DNA of 64,000 bases from an uncultured Nitrososphaeraceae archaeon (GTDB lineage: Archaea; Thermoproteota; Nitrososphaeria; Nitrososphaerales; Nitrososphaeraceae), in NCBI GenBank assembly GCA_963779615.1, contig CAVZZA010000005.1, forward strand, positions 128,001 to 192,000, read 5' to 3'. Below the pieces are notes generated by a model that saw only the letters and a program-made list of their open reading frames with translations, was not told the DNA's origin and did not search any database. The position numbers were made by a program, and so were the translations under genes. Below, piece after piece: positions 10,577-26,580 of the stretch (position 1 is the stretch's first letter; every line of letters starts with the position of its first letter).

Positions 10577-11007
10577 TATTTAACCTTTAACTTGTAGTAT
10601 AATCATTATAAAAATTTATTACAACGCTATATTGTTTTCAAAGAATAAATAACATAACAATATTTATACATAAATTTACATGCTGTTGATTGTATTAAAC
10701 AAATGATGCAATTAAAATATTTTTTCTTGCAATAGACAAAAAACACATAAACACATTGAAAATAATATGTTAAAAACTCTTCCAAATGCAAGAATATATG
10801 TCACCATTTAAATAACAAAATATTTGTTTTAAATAACACACACACCACATAAAAGCAAAACAGAAAGAGAAAAATCACGTTTTTCAATCTTTTGTGTAAT
10901 GATATTTGGTATTGGAATTAAAAAATATATATAGTCTATGTCGAAAAACCAATTAATTTTTTATGGTGTATTTATATAATAAAATTAAAGTAGACAATTT
11001 AGAGAGG

Positions 11008-12000
11008 TTAGTCCTTGACTAATTTATCGAATCTGTTTAAAAATATCTCCAACTTGTCTTGAGGAACAACTGCCCCACATGCTTTATCGTGTCCTCCTCC
11101 GCTGCCTTTTAAATCAGAGGTTAGATCATTAACTAATTTTCCTAAATGAATTGAACAATCTTTTGATCCACGTATTGACAAAACATAAGAGTTAATATTC
11201 TTTTTTAATTTGAAAGCAATACCAACCTGTTTTCCTGACAATCCTAGTACAAAATTAACAATCATACTTGACGCCAATTCAAGATCATGTTGAAGATAGG
11301 CAATATTATTTAATTTTATTATTTGCGATTCAATAACATTTAGAGCATTTGAAATTTTGTCAGAGAACTGTTTTACTAAAAAAAAGCCGTTTTTTATCTC
11401 ATGTGGAAGCTTAAAAACCGAGATTGATTTGGAAACATATTTTAAAAAATCAATATTTTTTTGAGAAGCAGAAATTATATAAGATAAAAAACATGACTCC
11501 AACATCAAAAAAGTTCTATCGTATTTACTAACCAATATACTCGCCATTGGTTTAGATTCCATATAGTCAGTTAATGCTGCAGCTGAGGCATAAAATGAAA
11601 ATTTGCTGCTTAGTTTTTTTTTACATAAATAATAGACTTGTACTGATGTACATTCTTCAACATTATTAATTAGCCGGACCCCCATCTTTTGTAGTTTTTC
11701 TTTGATTGGGTCTTCCAAATAATGATGATCTATGTAAATTACTTTGATATTATTCGAAATTAATATTTGTAGTTTTTCAATGAACATATTCTGATCCTTT
11801 TTATTTAGTCCCAGATCACAGATGAATACTCTTGTAAAATTCTTATTCTTTTCGCATATCGATATAGCATAATCAAGTATATTTAGTAAATTTGGGTAAT
11901 CGGCTAGAAAAATATTTTTTACTTTCAAAGCATTCTGTAATAATGCTGCTGATACAAGTCCATCAACATCTTCTTTATGTGATATGCATATGCTCCTCAA
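11008..12000 (-). CDS. DHH/DHHA1-family phosphoesterase
   Basis: SHKEDVDG, ICDLG, YIDHH, GSGGGHDKACGA. Confidence 0.9.
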   Translation of the reverse strand: MRSICISHKEDVDGLVSAALLQNALKVKNIFLADYPNLLNILDYAISICEKNKNFTRVFICDLGLNKKDQNMFIEKLQILISNNIKVIYIDHHYLEDPIKEKLQKMGVRLINNVEECTSVQVYYLCKKKLSSKFSFYASAAALTDYMESKPMASILVSKYDRTFLMLESCFLSYIISASQKNIDFLKYVSKSISVFKLPHEIKNGFFLVKQFSDKISNALNVIESQIIKLNNIAYLQHDLELASSMIVNFVLGLSGKQVGIAFKLKKNINSYVLSIRGSKDCSIHLGKLVNDLTSDLKGSGGGHDKACGAVVPQDKLEIFLNRFDKLVKD

Positions 12001-12612
12001 TATAACGAAACTTTAAGAAATCTTTGTTATTTAGATGTTTTTTAAATTGATTTATTCAGTAATCTTATAAAATAAAATATCATTAACCAAAAAATAATAA
12101 ATAATGCAATTAAAATAAAATAAAGAACAATATTGTTGTAGGATCAATCCCCACCATCATTATTATCATCTTCAACCATACTGACAATTCTATTATAATT
12201 ACTATCAATTTTATTTATAAATAGACTTATTCATAGACATGTGTTTACAAACAGGATACCATTAACGTTATCCAATGCAACATTTTTTCCACTACAGCAA
12301 TAAAGATAACAATAACAGCAACACTAAAGGAGAAACAAGGAAAAAGAATTCTTTACGCACAAAATAACCAAAAGGCAACAAAGCGTATGGAAACAAAATA
12401 TAGAGATAGTATGTAGGCTGAACCATTGTATTTGTCCATGTCTGTGTTCGTGTGATGTACGCACCATTACAGCAATTGTAGTAGTAGTAGTTGTAGTGGC
12501 AACAATAATCTGGCTGTAACCCAGCAAATTGGTGTCATAACAGTTCCTACGGTAATTCAAATTTTATAATGCTTTATCCTTTTTTTCTGTCTGTCGGTTT
12601 TGTTTTGTCAAC

Positions 12613-15566
<2,954 letters not shown>

Positions 15567-16570
15567 CAGCTCCAGTTTTGTTTCCAGTTTTGCTGGATAG
15601 AGATTATTTTTAATTTGACCTTTGATGATCATTTCCTTATCATGATCTTAGTCTAGTCACTCGATAGATCGAGTTCCACAATCCAGTGATAATAATTAAC
15701 ACATCTTCAACGGTTGTTTTACACGTATGACACTATTACTCCACTTTTCTGCTGTTTTTTTACTGCCTACAACTATGATTACTACTGCAACTATTACTTC
15801 AACAACAACTATAATCGTGTTTACATCACACATCACACAAACAAAGACAAAAACAACACTTCAACCTATATAGTACCTGTATTATTCCTGTTCCATATCT
15901 TTTACTTTTTGGTTATTTTGTTATTGCGCGAATGCTCTAGCCGTTTCTTTCTTTATCATTTTCTTGCTGTAATTGCTACTGTTGCGCTGTCGATATTGCT
16001 TTTGTTTTTGGCTTGATGTATGTTTTTTGTATATTCACATATTTGTGCAATATGCATACTTTTGTTCATGTTTGTATTGATTGTTTATTTGTTTTGTCAT
16101 CTATCAATCAGATAGTAATACTATGATGGAGTTTGATCCTATACACGGCATCATCGCAGGCAGCACCACTACATTTTATGTAGGGTACTCTGCTACGCCA
16201 ACTTCATCCTTTGTCTCCCCAACTCCTCAGTTTTGTGACAAAGAATTGCATCCGTTTTTTTTTATTTACTAATTCAGTGGTTTTTTTTGTTCGGTAATAC
16301 TGACTTGACTTTATGCATGCAAAAATACCAGATAGACATTTAATATTAATTAACTGCTCTCTGAGACCATATGTCGTATATTCTCTCACAGAGCGTAATA
16401 TTGCTGTTCATCATAATACTTGCACAGACATCATCAGCAGATTCTGCATTTATAATGCATATAACACAATATCCATAAAAACATCGAACATGATGATTAG
16501 TTAGTCTTTTCCTCCCTCTTCACCCATTTTTCTCTTTTTGTCTTATGCTCTGTGTTGCAAGATGATAACT

Positions 16571-18041
<1,471 letters not shown>

Positions 18042-18735
18042 CAAAAAAATAATAATGAAAACATAGATGATAAACACACACATGCATTTTGCTTTGCTTT
18101 GCTTTCATGACAAAACATCACAAAACACACACATGCATTATTTATTACCTATCGGTTGACTTTTGCTTTAGTATACGTAGTTTTGGTCTCTCACGCCCTG
18201 TTCCTCTTCCCCCCTTTGCCTCCCAGTTGCGGGATGAACGCGAGGAAAAAAAGAAATGGCAATGATCAACACAAAAGAACGCTTATTGAGTTTTTTCTCT
18301 GCATCTGCCACTACCGGCATGCCCGTTTTTTTCTTTGGAAAAGCAGGCAACGGCAGGTGTGCAGAAGCAGAGAAAGAGAGTACGATCGAAAAAGAAAGAA
18401 AAACTATAACTGATTTATTTGCTAGTTTTCTTGAATATTATATCATATATTACTATACAAACACAAATTCTGCTGATAATGCCTTTTGTGCTATTATAAT
18501 AAATCTTTTTCAATGTCTATCTGATCTTCCCATGTCAGATTCGATCTATCAAGTCAGTTCCGATGTGCTGATCGAATCCCCATCCATCATTCCACTGTTT
18601 TTAATATTATGATGTTAATCGGTAATGTAACGAGCGCATCTGGAGGTCAGTAAATCACATTATGGCACAAGCCAACTTCATCACCGACGCCGCCTTTTGT
18701 CTTGGACGCGTTCTATTATTAGTGGCGTGGCTGTC

Positions 18736-18760
18736 AATATAAATCTTATTTTTTATAAAC
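18736..18760 (-). promoter_or_regulatory. Probable rRNA operon promoter (TATA boxes)
   Basis: TTTATA motifs on the minus strand at the boundary between the GC-richer leader and the divergent hemL. Confidence 0.45.
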
Positions 18761-18794
18761 AAATAAAAGATTCCACAAAGTTATCATCTATTAT

Positions 18795-20138
18795 ATGAAA
18801 ATTGACAATTATATAGAATTATATAAAAATAAAACTTTTGAATCTATGAAATTATACTTTAAATCAAAAGAAATTTTCCCTGGTGGTGTGAACCATAATA
18901 TAAGATATTTTAAACCTTATCCCTTTTTTACGGTTAAGGCTAAAGGAAAGTACCTAGAGGATATTGATGGAAACAATTATATTGACTTTTGGAATGGACA
19001 TTGGGCATTAATACTTGGTCACTCCCCGACAATTGTATCAGATAAGTTAAAAAAACAATTAAAAAAAGGAACTTTGTACGGAACAGTGAATAAGACAAGC
19101 ATTAAGCTTGCGGAACTAATCAAACAGGCAATACCTCTTGCAGAAAACATAAGATTTTCAAGTACAGGATCTGAAGCAACAATGTACGCTATACGGTTAG
19201 CAAGAGCCAAAACTGGGAAAAGGGTTATTGCAAAAGTAATAGGAGGATGGCATGGATTTAATACGAATTTATTACAATCTGTAAACTATCCCTATGAAGG
19301 AGACGAGGGAATAGGACTCATTGAAGATGAGGGGCAATTTGTTGAATCCATTCAATTCAATGATTTAGATAGATCAATAAAAGTTTTAGAATCAATTAAA
19401 GATGATTTAGCGGGCATAATAATTGAGCCCATACTTGGCGGCGCGGGATGCATTACTCCCGTAGACGGGTACCTGGAGGGACTTCAAGAATTTGCAAGAA
19501 AAAATGGCAGCCTTTTGATTTTAGATGAAATAGTCACTGGTTTCCGTATGTCATATAATGGAGTAATGAATTACTATAAATTAGAACCAGACATTTTTAC
19601 ACTTGGGAAAATAATTGGTGGCGGTTTACCGATTGGAGCTGTCTGCGGGAAAAAAGAAATTATGAACCTAGCAGACGCTACAAACAGTAATGAAAAAAAC
19701 AAGTATTGCTCAATAGGGGGAGGAACATTTTCAGCTAACCCTTTGACGATGACTGCCGGATATCATACGTTAAAGTACTTAAAAAATAATCCCAATGTTT
19801 ATGAAAAAATTAATTCCTTAGGAGATATTGCAAGAAAGGAATTATCAAAGTTATTTAAAGAATTGGAAATTGAATCAGAAATAACTGGAATTGGATCATT
19901 GTTCATGATTCATTTTCTAAATGACAAAGTAAAAAAAATAAATAACGCATTAGATGTTTCACTGTCAAATACTGAATTATTGCTTAATTACAACCTGGCA
20001 TTGATTGCTAAACACGGTATATTTTTCTTACCTGGTAAGATGGGTGCCTTTTCATATGCTCATGAAAAAGAAGACGTATACAAGTTAGTAGAAGCTACAA
20101 GACAGATATTTTCCAGCAATAAAACCAAAAATACCTAA
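18795..20138 (+). CDS. hemL: Glutamate-1-semialdehyde 2,1-aminomutase (class III aminotransferase)
   Basis: PGGVNHNIR, STGSEATMYAIRLAR, LILDEIVTGFR, TLGKIIGGGLP, GTFSANP. Confidence 0.85.
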   Translation: MKIDNYIELYKNKTFESMKLYFKSKEIFPGGVNHNIRYFKPYPFFTVKAKGKYLEDIDGNNYIDFWNGHWALILGHSPTIVSDKLKKQLKKGTLYGTVNKTSIKLAELIKQAIPLAENIRFSSTGSEATMYAIRLARAKTGKRVIAKVIGGWHGFNTNLLQSVNYPYEGDEGIGLIEDEGQFVESIQFNDLDRSIKVLESIKDDLAGIIIEPILGGAGCITPVDGYLEGLQEFARKNGSLLILDEIVTGFRMSYNGVMNYYKLEPDIFTLGKIIGGGLPIGAVCGKKEIMNLADATNSNEKNKYCSIGGGTFSANPLTMTAGYHTLKYLKNNPNVYEKINSLGDIARKELSKLFKELEIESEITGIGSLFMIHFLNDKVKKINNALDVSLSNTELLLNYNLALIAKHGIFFLPGKMGAFSYAHEKEDVYKLVEATRQIFSSNKTKNT

Positions 20139-20151
20139 AAAAAATATTAAT

Positions 20152-20880
20152 TTAATTTTCTCTCCACAAAGCCTTTTTTTTCGCCAGGACAATAAAGAAA
20201 ATAAGATATGAAACTTGAACAAACAATCCCAGAGAAATCGACCATTCTTGAGGGGTAGGAAACCCCATAGAATACTGCAACATTAATGATGCGTGAGTTG
20301 TCGGGATAAAATATGACACTACCTGAAGCGAAAGAGGCAATTTATCAATAGAATAAAAAACTGGCGGTATAACCGCAATAATAACATTAACAAAAGAAAT
20401 AAGCTGGGTAGCATTTCTCATGTGAAGCATATGAGAGGACAAAAAAAAGCCAATAGAAGACATTGTTCCCCAAATTAAAAAAACATTCACAATTAAGAGG
20501 GGTACAAATGAAATAGAAGTTGAAAAATAAATTGCCAAAGAAGCTAAAACCAACAGGGCAGGCAGACCATATAGTAGTTCAGAAAATGCAAGTCCAAGCA
20601 TATAGGTTAATGGGGTAACGGGAGAAGCTACAAACATATCCTGCATTTTATATTCTAATTTGTAAAGCGAAATATCTTGGCCCAAAGATAAACCAAAACC
20701 TACCAAAGCCATAACTAGGCTTCCAGCAACTGCAAATTGGACGTACTGTCCACTACTAACAACAAATAAAATAAATAATAAAGAAAATGGTGAAATGGCA
20801 GTAAAAACCAAAGACAGGGGGTTCCGCCTCAACCACAAGATTCCAGTCATGTAAGCGATTATAATCACCTGTTTTAACAT
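20152..20880 (-). CDS. ABC-2 type exporter permease
   Basis: About six hydrophobic helices; PPVFYSIDKLP...QVVSYFIPTTHA; likely start MLKQV. Confidence 0.85.
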   Translation of the reverse strand: MLKQVIIIAYMTGILWLRRNPLSLVFTAISPFSLLFILFVVSSGQYVQFAVAGSLVMALVGFGLSLGQDISLYKLEYKMQDMFVASPVTPLTYMLGLAFSELLYGLPALLVLASLAIYFSTSISFVPLLIVNVFLIWGTMSSIGFFLSSHMLHMRNATQLISFVNVIIAVIPPVFYSIDKLPLSLQVVSYFIPTTHASLMLQYSMGFPTPQEWSISLGLFVQVSYLIFFIVLAKKKALWREN

Positions 20881-21352
20881 TATATAATAATCGAAAATTA
20901 TTTTCATTTTTCCTTTTCACAAACTACCCATTGATAAATATTTGTAAAGCGGGTATGCAATTATATATAAATCATTGTGGATGGCCACTGCAAAAAAATA
21001 AACCCGGATTATAAATTAACACCCATCTTGATTAGTAATTTTTTTAAATTTAAAATTTAGTTTATTTTTATCCTAACCGTTTTGAAAAAAATTGATTTGT
21101 ATTAAAAGATGACGATTAGTCTATGCATAAAGATGTATAATATTACGAAAAGCACTGATCATTGCCACCTCATAACGTCGAATACAAAATCAATAGCGCA
21201 AGCATTATAATTATTCTACAGTGCATAATTGTCCATTAAAAAGATTTCAAAATATGTTGTACAATAATCAAATGACAAAATAGAGTTTAACCAAGATAGC
21301 GCCCTATAAATCAAATTCAGCAGTAACTTCTATTAATTGTTAATAATAAACA

Positions 21353-22912
21353 ATGCATATAGTGGTTGCCATGATAGACGAAAAAAATAATCCTATTTCC
21401 AATTTTGGATCTTTAAAACCAAAGTTAATTGATAATGTTACATTACCAAATAAGGTTAATGATAATTTACCAACTTATTCCCCTTCATCAACACCAACAT
21501 CATCAAATCAATCAGATAAAAAACAAAAATTAAGTTTCTGGATTGAAGGATATGGATGCTCTGCCAGTTTTGCAGATATGGAAATGATAGCAGGACAATT
21601 AATTGACAACGGTTTTGAGATTGCAGGCAACCCAAATGGAGCTTCAATTAATCTTATAGTAACTTGTTCTGTCAAAGAGACGACAGAGCACAGAATGGTT
21701 CATAGAATCAAAAGCCTGTCAAAAAATAACAAACCCCTAATTGTTGCAGGCTGCCTTCCATCCGCCGACCAAAAATTAGTACAGAAAATAAATCCTAATG
21801 CAAGTCTAATGAGTCCTAACTCTATCAATAAAACCATGGAAATTGTAAAATCGACCCTAAATAGACAAAAAATCATACACTTGCAAAACTCCGGTTTAGA
21901 AAAGATAAATTTACCCAAACTTAGAATCAACCCGGTAATAAGCATTGTGGAGATAGCTTCAGGATGCTTAAGTGAATGTTCTTTTTGTCAAACAAAATTA
22001 GCAAAAGGAGGCCTTCAAAGTTACAGAATAGGCAATATAATTAACCAAGTTAAAAATGATTTAAGCACGGGATCTCATGAAATATGGCTTACGTCAACAG
22101 ACAACGGTTGTTACGGAAAGGATATCGGAACCAATTTAGTAGAACTATTAAAAAGGTGTGATGAAATAGAAGATGACTTCAAAATAAGGGTTGGCATGAT
22201 GAACCCCATGTACCTTAAGGATATGATAAAGGATTTGATAGACATATATTCGAGCAGTGATAAAATATTCAAATTCATTCACATTCCAGTGCAAAGCGGC
22301 AGTGAAAAAGTCCTAAGGAAAATGAAAAGAGGCCATACTGCAAAAACATTCAAAGATATCGTAAAACAATTTAGAGAAAAGATACCAGACATGACCATAG
22401 CTACCGACATAATAACCGGATACCCAGAAGAAACCGACGAGGATTTTGAATTAACGCTGAAAATGATAAAAGAAACCGAACCCGACATTGTAAATTCATC
22501 AAGGTTTAGCCCAAGGCCAGGAACATTAGCATCTAATTCAAAAAGTATCGGTCAGGAAATACTGACACAAAGATCTGAAATATTGCACAGCATTATAAAA
22601 AATATTGCAAAAAAAAGGAACTCCAGATGGTTAAACTGGAAAGGAGATGCCATTATTGACGAGATGGAAAATGTAAAACTAAAGGGAAGGAATCAATATT
22701 ATAAATCGATCATCATCAAAAACCTAAATGAAAATAAACTCCCCTATTCAAAAGGTAATTCCAATTATAACGAAAATCTTTCAAAACCTCGGGGAGACCT
22801 CTATTCCATGAGATTAAAAAACCACAATGATAACCTTTTTTTAGGTAAAACAATTATGGTAGAGGTCACCGGGTACTCGAATCACACCCTTGAAGGCATT
22901 CAAATCACATAA
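21353..22912 (+). CDS. mtaB: tRNA t6A37 methylthiotransferase (archaeal MtaB/CDKAL1 type)
   Basis: UPF0004 GYGCSAS/VTCSVK/VAGCLP, radical SAM GCLSECSFC, HIPVQSGS, C-terminal TRAM. Confidence 0.9.
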   Translation: MHIVVAMIDEKNNPISNFGSLKPKLIDNVTLPNKVNDNLPTYSPSSTPTSSNQSDKKQKLSFWIEGYGCSASFADMEMIAGQLIDNGFEIAGNPNGASINLIVTCSVKETTEHRMVHRIKSLSKNNKPLIVAGCLPSADQKLVQKINPNASLMSPNSINKTMEIVKSTLNRQKIIHLQNSGLEKINLPKLRINPVISIVEIASGCLSECSFCQTKLAKGGLQSYRIGNIINQVKNDLSTGSHEIWLTSTDNGCYGKDIGTNLVELLKRCDEIEDDFKIRVGMMNPMYLKDMIKDLIDIYSSSDKIFKFIHIPVQSGSEKVLRKMKRGHTAKTFKDIVKQFREKIPDMTIATDIITGYPEETDEDFELTLKMIKETEPDIVNSSRFSPRPGTLASNSKSIGQEILTQRSEILHSIIKNIAKKRNSRWLNWKGDAIIDEMENVKLKGRNQYYKSIIIKNLNENKLPYSKGNSNYNENLSKPRGDLYSMRLKNHNDNLFLGKTIMVEVTGYSNHTLEGIQIT

Positions 22913-22978
22913 TATTGATAAAGCATCAATATTTTTACCCTAAAACATTTTTATCCATTAAGGTATGTTAAGCTATGG

Positions 22979-23947
22979 TTGTCGAATAATAGCAAAAAGG
23001 GACACAGCCTTATTATAGGGGTTGGCGAGGCGGGAAGCAAAATTACTCTCGATATTATTAAAGAAGTTAATTCTGAATATTTGTTGTTAAATTCAAAGCA
23101 TAATTTTAAATACACTATTAAAAATATTATTATTGACACCACATCATGGATTAATCCCCCAATATACAAGATAAGGGAATCTTTGATGGGAAAATTGGAC
23201 AAAATTTTATCGATTGTTAGTAACTACAGCAATATAATAATTATTGGAAACCTGGCCTCTAAATTTGGAATAGCAATAATTCCATTATTAACAAATATTG
23301 TTCATAACATGGGAGAGAAGGAGATTATGAGTTTTGTGATAATGCCTTTTGGATTTGAAAAAGGGAGAATTTTCCATTCTGGTGTCTCATTATCTTTTAT
23401 TAACAATTATTCAAACGCAACGGTAATTGTAGATAACGACTCATTTCTTAAAAACAACCCGGAATTATCTATTCCTGAGTGTTTTGGAATTACAAACAAT
23501 GCCATCAAAGATGTTATCACATCATCTTTTGACAAGGGTTTTCCAAATGATTTTAATGTTATTGCATCCTGCAAAGAATCAGAAAACATAGAAGAAGTTT
23601 TTAACAATTCTGTTGCAATGTTCATTAATTCCAACGTGGAAACAATAGAAAAAACATTTATGTATATCTATCCAGCAAAAGAAAAAATTGATAAGATAGA
23701 TAACATAATAAAAACAGTTGAAAAAATTACAAATGAATCTGAAAACGAGATAAGCATAATTACGAACACAGGCGATTTGACAAAAATACATTTGGTGGTT
23801 AGAACAAACGATGTATTGTTTTCATCATATGACCCTCTCAATCAGTTTATATTAAACAAAAATTTTCTCGATTTTGAACCTGAAACAAATCAAAACATTA
23901 AAGAAATATCTCACTTGAAGAATATTGAAATCAAAACATTTCAATGA
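22979..23947 (+). CDS. Divergent FtsZ/tubulin-superfamily protein
   Basis: IIGVGEAGSKI (T1 loop), MPFGFEK, IVDNDS; the GGGTG signature is replaced by NLASKFG. Confidence 0.8.
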   Translation: MSNNSKKGHSLIIGVGEAGSKITLDIIKEVNSEYLLLNSKHNFKYTIKNIIIDTTSWINPPIYKIRESLMGKLDKILSIVSNYSNIIIIGNLASKFGIAIIPLLTNIVHNMGEKEIMSFVIMPFGFEKGRIFHSGVSLSFINNYSNATVIVDNDSFLKNNPELSIPECFGITNNAIKDVITSSFDKGFPNDFNVIASCKESENIEEVFNNSVAMFINSNVETIEKTFMYIYPAKEKIDKIDNIIKTVEKITNESENEISIITNTGDLTKIHLVVRTNDVLFSSYDPLNQFILNKNFLDFEPETNQNIKEISHLKNIEIKTFQ

Positions 23948-23998
23948 CTAGGTTTGTATTGTGTTAAAAATTAATAAAAAAATAACTGGATAAATATT

Positions 23999-24397
23999 TT
24001 ATTTATTTTTGGTTTCTTTTTGACCTGACTCATCATTATCTTCTGCAGCAGCAGTAGCAGCATCAGATACATTGTCGCTAACTATCGGAGTGTCTGATTT
24101 TAATTCTGTCGCTTCGGTTTCATTCACTATATCTTCATATAGAGACACAATAACCTGATCATCCTCATCTTTGACAATCCTAACGCGCACCTTCCTTGGA
24201 GGATTGGTTTTGCCTTTTTCCCAAATATACCTATTTAACTCTTGATCAATTTTTATTTCTGAGCTTTTCATATGCTTAATTGCAAATTCTTTAATCATAT
24301 TCACAACTCTATCCGTTCTTTTATGTTTGGGAGTTAACCAAGCTTTACTGAGGTTTATTGTATATATTCTAGCTATTGTTTCTTCAACATTAGACAT
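23999..24397 (-). CDS. rpl31e: 50S ribosomal protein L31e
   Basis: RIYTINL...KRTDRVV..IKEF..KHMK...LNRYIWEKG..NPPRKVRV; acidic C-terminal tail. Confidence 0.95.
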   Translation of the reverse strand: MSNVEETIARIYTINLSKAWLTPKHKRTDRVVNMIKEFAIKHMKSSEIKIDQELNRYIWEKGKTNPPRKVRVRIVKDEDDQVIVSLYEDIVNETEATELKSDTPIVSDNVSDAATAAAEDNDESGQKETKNK

Positions 24398-24421
24398 TTT
24401 ATCTCGTCCCCTTTTTCATCA

Positions 24422-24580
24422 TTAACCAACATTCACATCTGAGCGACGCCATGACCTTCTTTTTGGATTAGTTCTAACTTGTCTGTGTGTTCGAATAATA
24501 ACCCAGGCTGGCACCGGTCTATTTTGTTTAACCTTCTTTAACAATCGAATTTTTCTTGATGTATTTTTGCGGGCAGCCAT
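24422..24580 (-). CDS. rpl39e: 50S ribosomal protein L39e
   Basis: MAARK...[10 protein letters not shown]...[10 protein letters not shown]. Confidence 0.95.
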   Translation of the reverse strand: MAARKNTSRKIRLLKKVKQNRPVPAWVIIRTHRQVRTNPKRRSWRRSDVNVG

Positions 24581-24877
24581 AATAACATCATTACAATTGG
24601 ACCTATTTTTAAGTGTTAACATCAAAAATTAACTATCAATAGTTCCACGATTTAAAACAAATTACAACTAAACAGAAAATAATAAATCCTATGCAAGTCA
24701 TTAAAAGTAACCAATGCAAGTATGTAAAACATGTTATAAATTTTTTCAAACTATATACGACAATAAAAAAATTAAGAAATTGAAGATAATCCCTGACGAG
24801 CAGGAAGAAACACTACAATGTTATAGCAGCTATCACAAAAAATTGGTAGATAGTTTTAAAACATAATCAACAGTTTT

Positions 24878-25432
24878 TTACATGGTGTTTTGTGTAGAAT
24901 TACCAATAGAAAAATCAACTCTATCCCCAATGACAATGTTGTTTTTAGCCGTATAATTTGATGGCACCTCCAAAACATACTTTGAATTCGCATTGGGTGA
25001 ATAAGAAGTACAAAATAGAAAAAAGGTACATGGTTGAAGATTTTTTTCAATGTGAACTATTTTATTATCAGAACTAATCCATATTATATCGATTGGAAAC
25101 TTCATGTCCTTCATCCAAAAAGAATATTCTTTTGGAGTATCAAAGATAAACAACATGCCTTCATTTTCATTCAATGTATTTTTAATGGAAAGGCCCTTTG
25201 CCTGTTGTTCAGGAGTTTTTGCCAAATCCACATAAACAATTAAATCTTTAATCTTCACTGATGAAGAAGAAACATTATCCGCATTTAGCGCATAAACTTT
25301 TTGCCCATAATCCATAATAACCACAGGGAGACAGGAAACAATTGACAAAAGAAATATTAATACCACCATATTAAAAAAAAAACTTTGTTGGATCTTGTAA
25401 CACGACATTATAACAAGTATCCAACAGTGCAA
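24878..25432 (-). CDS. DUF192-family exported protein (true start probably downstream)
   Basis: AKTPEQQAKGLS, GMLFIF, FWMKDMKFPIDIIWI, YVLEV. Confidence 0.88.
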   Translation of the reverse strand: MHCWILVIMSCYKIQQSFFFNMVVLIFLLSIVSCLPVVIMDYGQKVYALNADNVSSSSVKIKDLIVYVDLAKTPEQQAKGLSIKNTLNENEGMLFIFDTPKEYSFWMKDMKFPIDIIWISSDNKIVHIEKNLQPCTFFLFCTSYSPNANSKYVLEVPSNYTAKNNIVIGDRVDFSIGNSTQNTM

Positions 25433-25461
25433 TTTTTATATTTATATGTTAATATTAATCC

Positions 25462-25650
25462 ATGATCTGTGGCTGTAGATGCATGAATTGTAAAAGTTCA
25501 GACCTTAAAGGTCAAGAATTATTAGCAGAGGACGGTTTCAAGGATATCCATCACACATGCAACAAATGTGGAATTCATTTTAACCATTTAGATGGGGAAC
25601 AATTTAAAATATGCGACATTTGTAATTACCGCCAATCCCAATCAGGATAA
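25462..25650 (+). CDS. Small Cys/His-rich zinc-finger protein
   Basis: CGCRCMNC...HHTCNKCGIHFNH...CDIC. Confidence 0.6.
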   Translation: MICGCRCMNCKSSDLKGQELLAEDGFKDIHHTCNKCGIHFNHLDGEQFKICDICNYRQSQSG

Positions 25651-26015
25651 AACTAAACTGCTAGCCTACTAAAGTTTCAACACCACAAGGACTTTACAGA
25701 TCATTTGAAATCATCAACTTATTTTTCAAAACGATTTCATTATGATTTTTGGGTCACAAGTACTGGCTATAACATTTTATCTATCTGCACATAATTGATA
25801 AACTAATAGTTTCATAGTACTGTGCATTTAATCTTCATACTTTCCAGATTCACATATCATCATTAACCTTTAGGTTATGGACCAATATGATCGCGACAAG
25901 ATGATACAACATGGCAAGTTTTGTATTTTTTATCGTAATTGAGCACTATGACGCTAAATCACATCCTTAAATAAATATATATTTATAACGACTATTTATA
26001 TACCCAAAGAAGAGT

Positions 26016-26580
26016 ATGCCTCAAACAAAGCCGATGGTAAGCATAGAAAATGTCGTGGCATCTGCAACGGTTAATCAAACTATAAACTTAAATCTTATTA
26101 CACAAATTTTTCCAGATGTAGAATATCATCCAGATCAATTTCCAGGTCTTGTATTCAGACTTAAAGCGCCTAAAACAGCTACGCTGATTTTCAGTTCAGG
26201 CAAAATGGTATGCACGGGAGCCAAGTCAGAAGAACAAGCCATAAAAGCAGTAAAAAATGTTGTCCAAAAATTAAGGAAGGGAGGCATACCAGTAGAGAAC
26301 GATCCGATAATAGAAATTCAGAATATTGTGGCTTCTGCAAGTTTGGGAGGAAAAATCCATCTAGAATTGGCAGGCTAGAATATTGCCTAGAAGTATGTAT
26401 GAGCCCGAACAATTTCCAGGTTTAATTCACAGGATGCTCGACCCTAAAACAGTAATTTTATTGTTTGCAAGTGGAAAACTGGTTTGTACTGGGGCTAAAA
26501 AAGAAACTGAAGTATACAGGGCGGTAACAAATCTACACATATTACTAGAAGAAAAGAATTTAATGATTTATGAAAGTTAA
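26016..26580 (+). CDS. tbp: TATA-box binding protein, split by one extra base at ~26373
   Basis: Both TBP repeats present (IENVVAS...YHPDQFPGL; IQNIVAS...YEPEQFPGL); removing one G from GCAGGCT restores LELAARILPRS. Confidence 0.93.

Noticed and set aside
15567-16570. tRNA-Ala in the spacer, or 5S rRNA after 23S
   Set aside because: No cloverleaf/T-loop or 5S sequence seen; absence is normal for this lineage
26360-26390. Programmed frameshift or natural split in TBP
   Set aside because: No slippery sequence; the same one-base insertion pattern recurs in unrelated genes, so an assembly error is more likely
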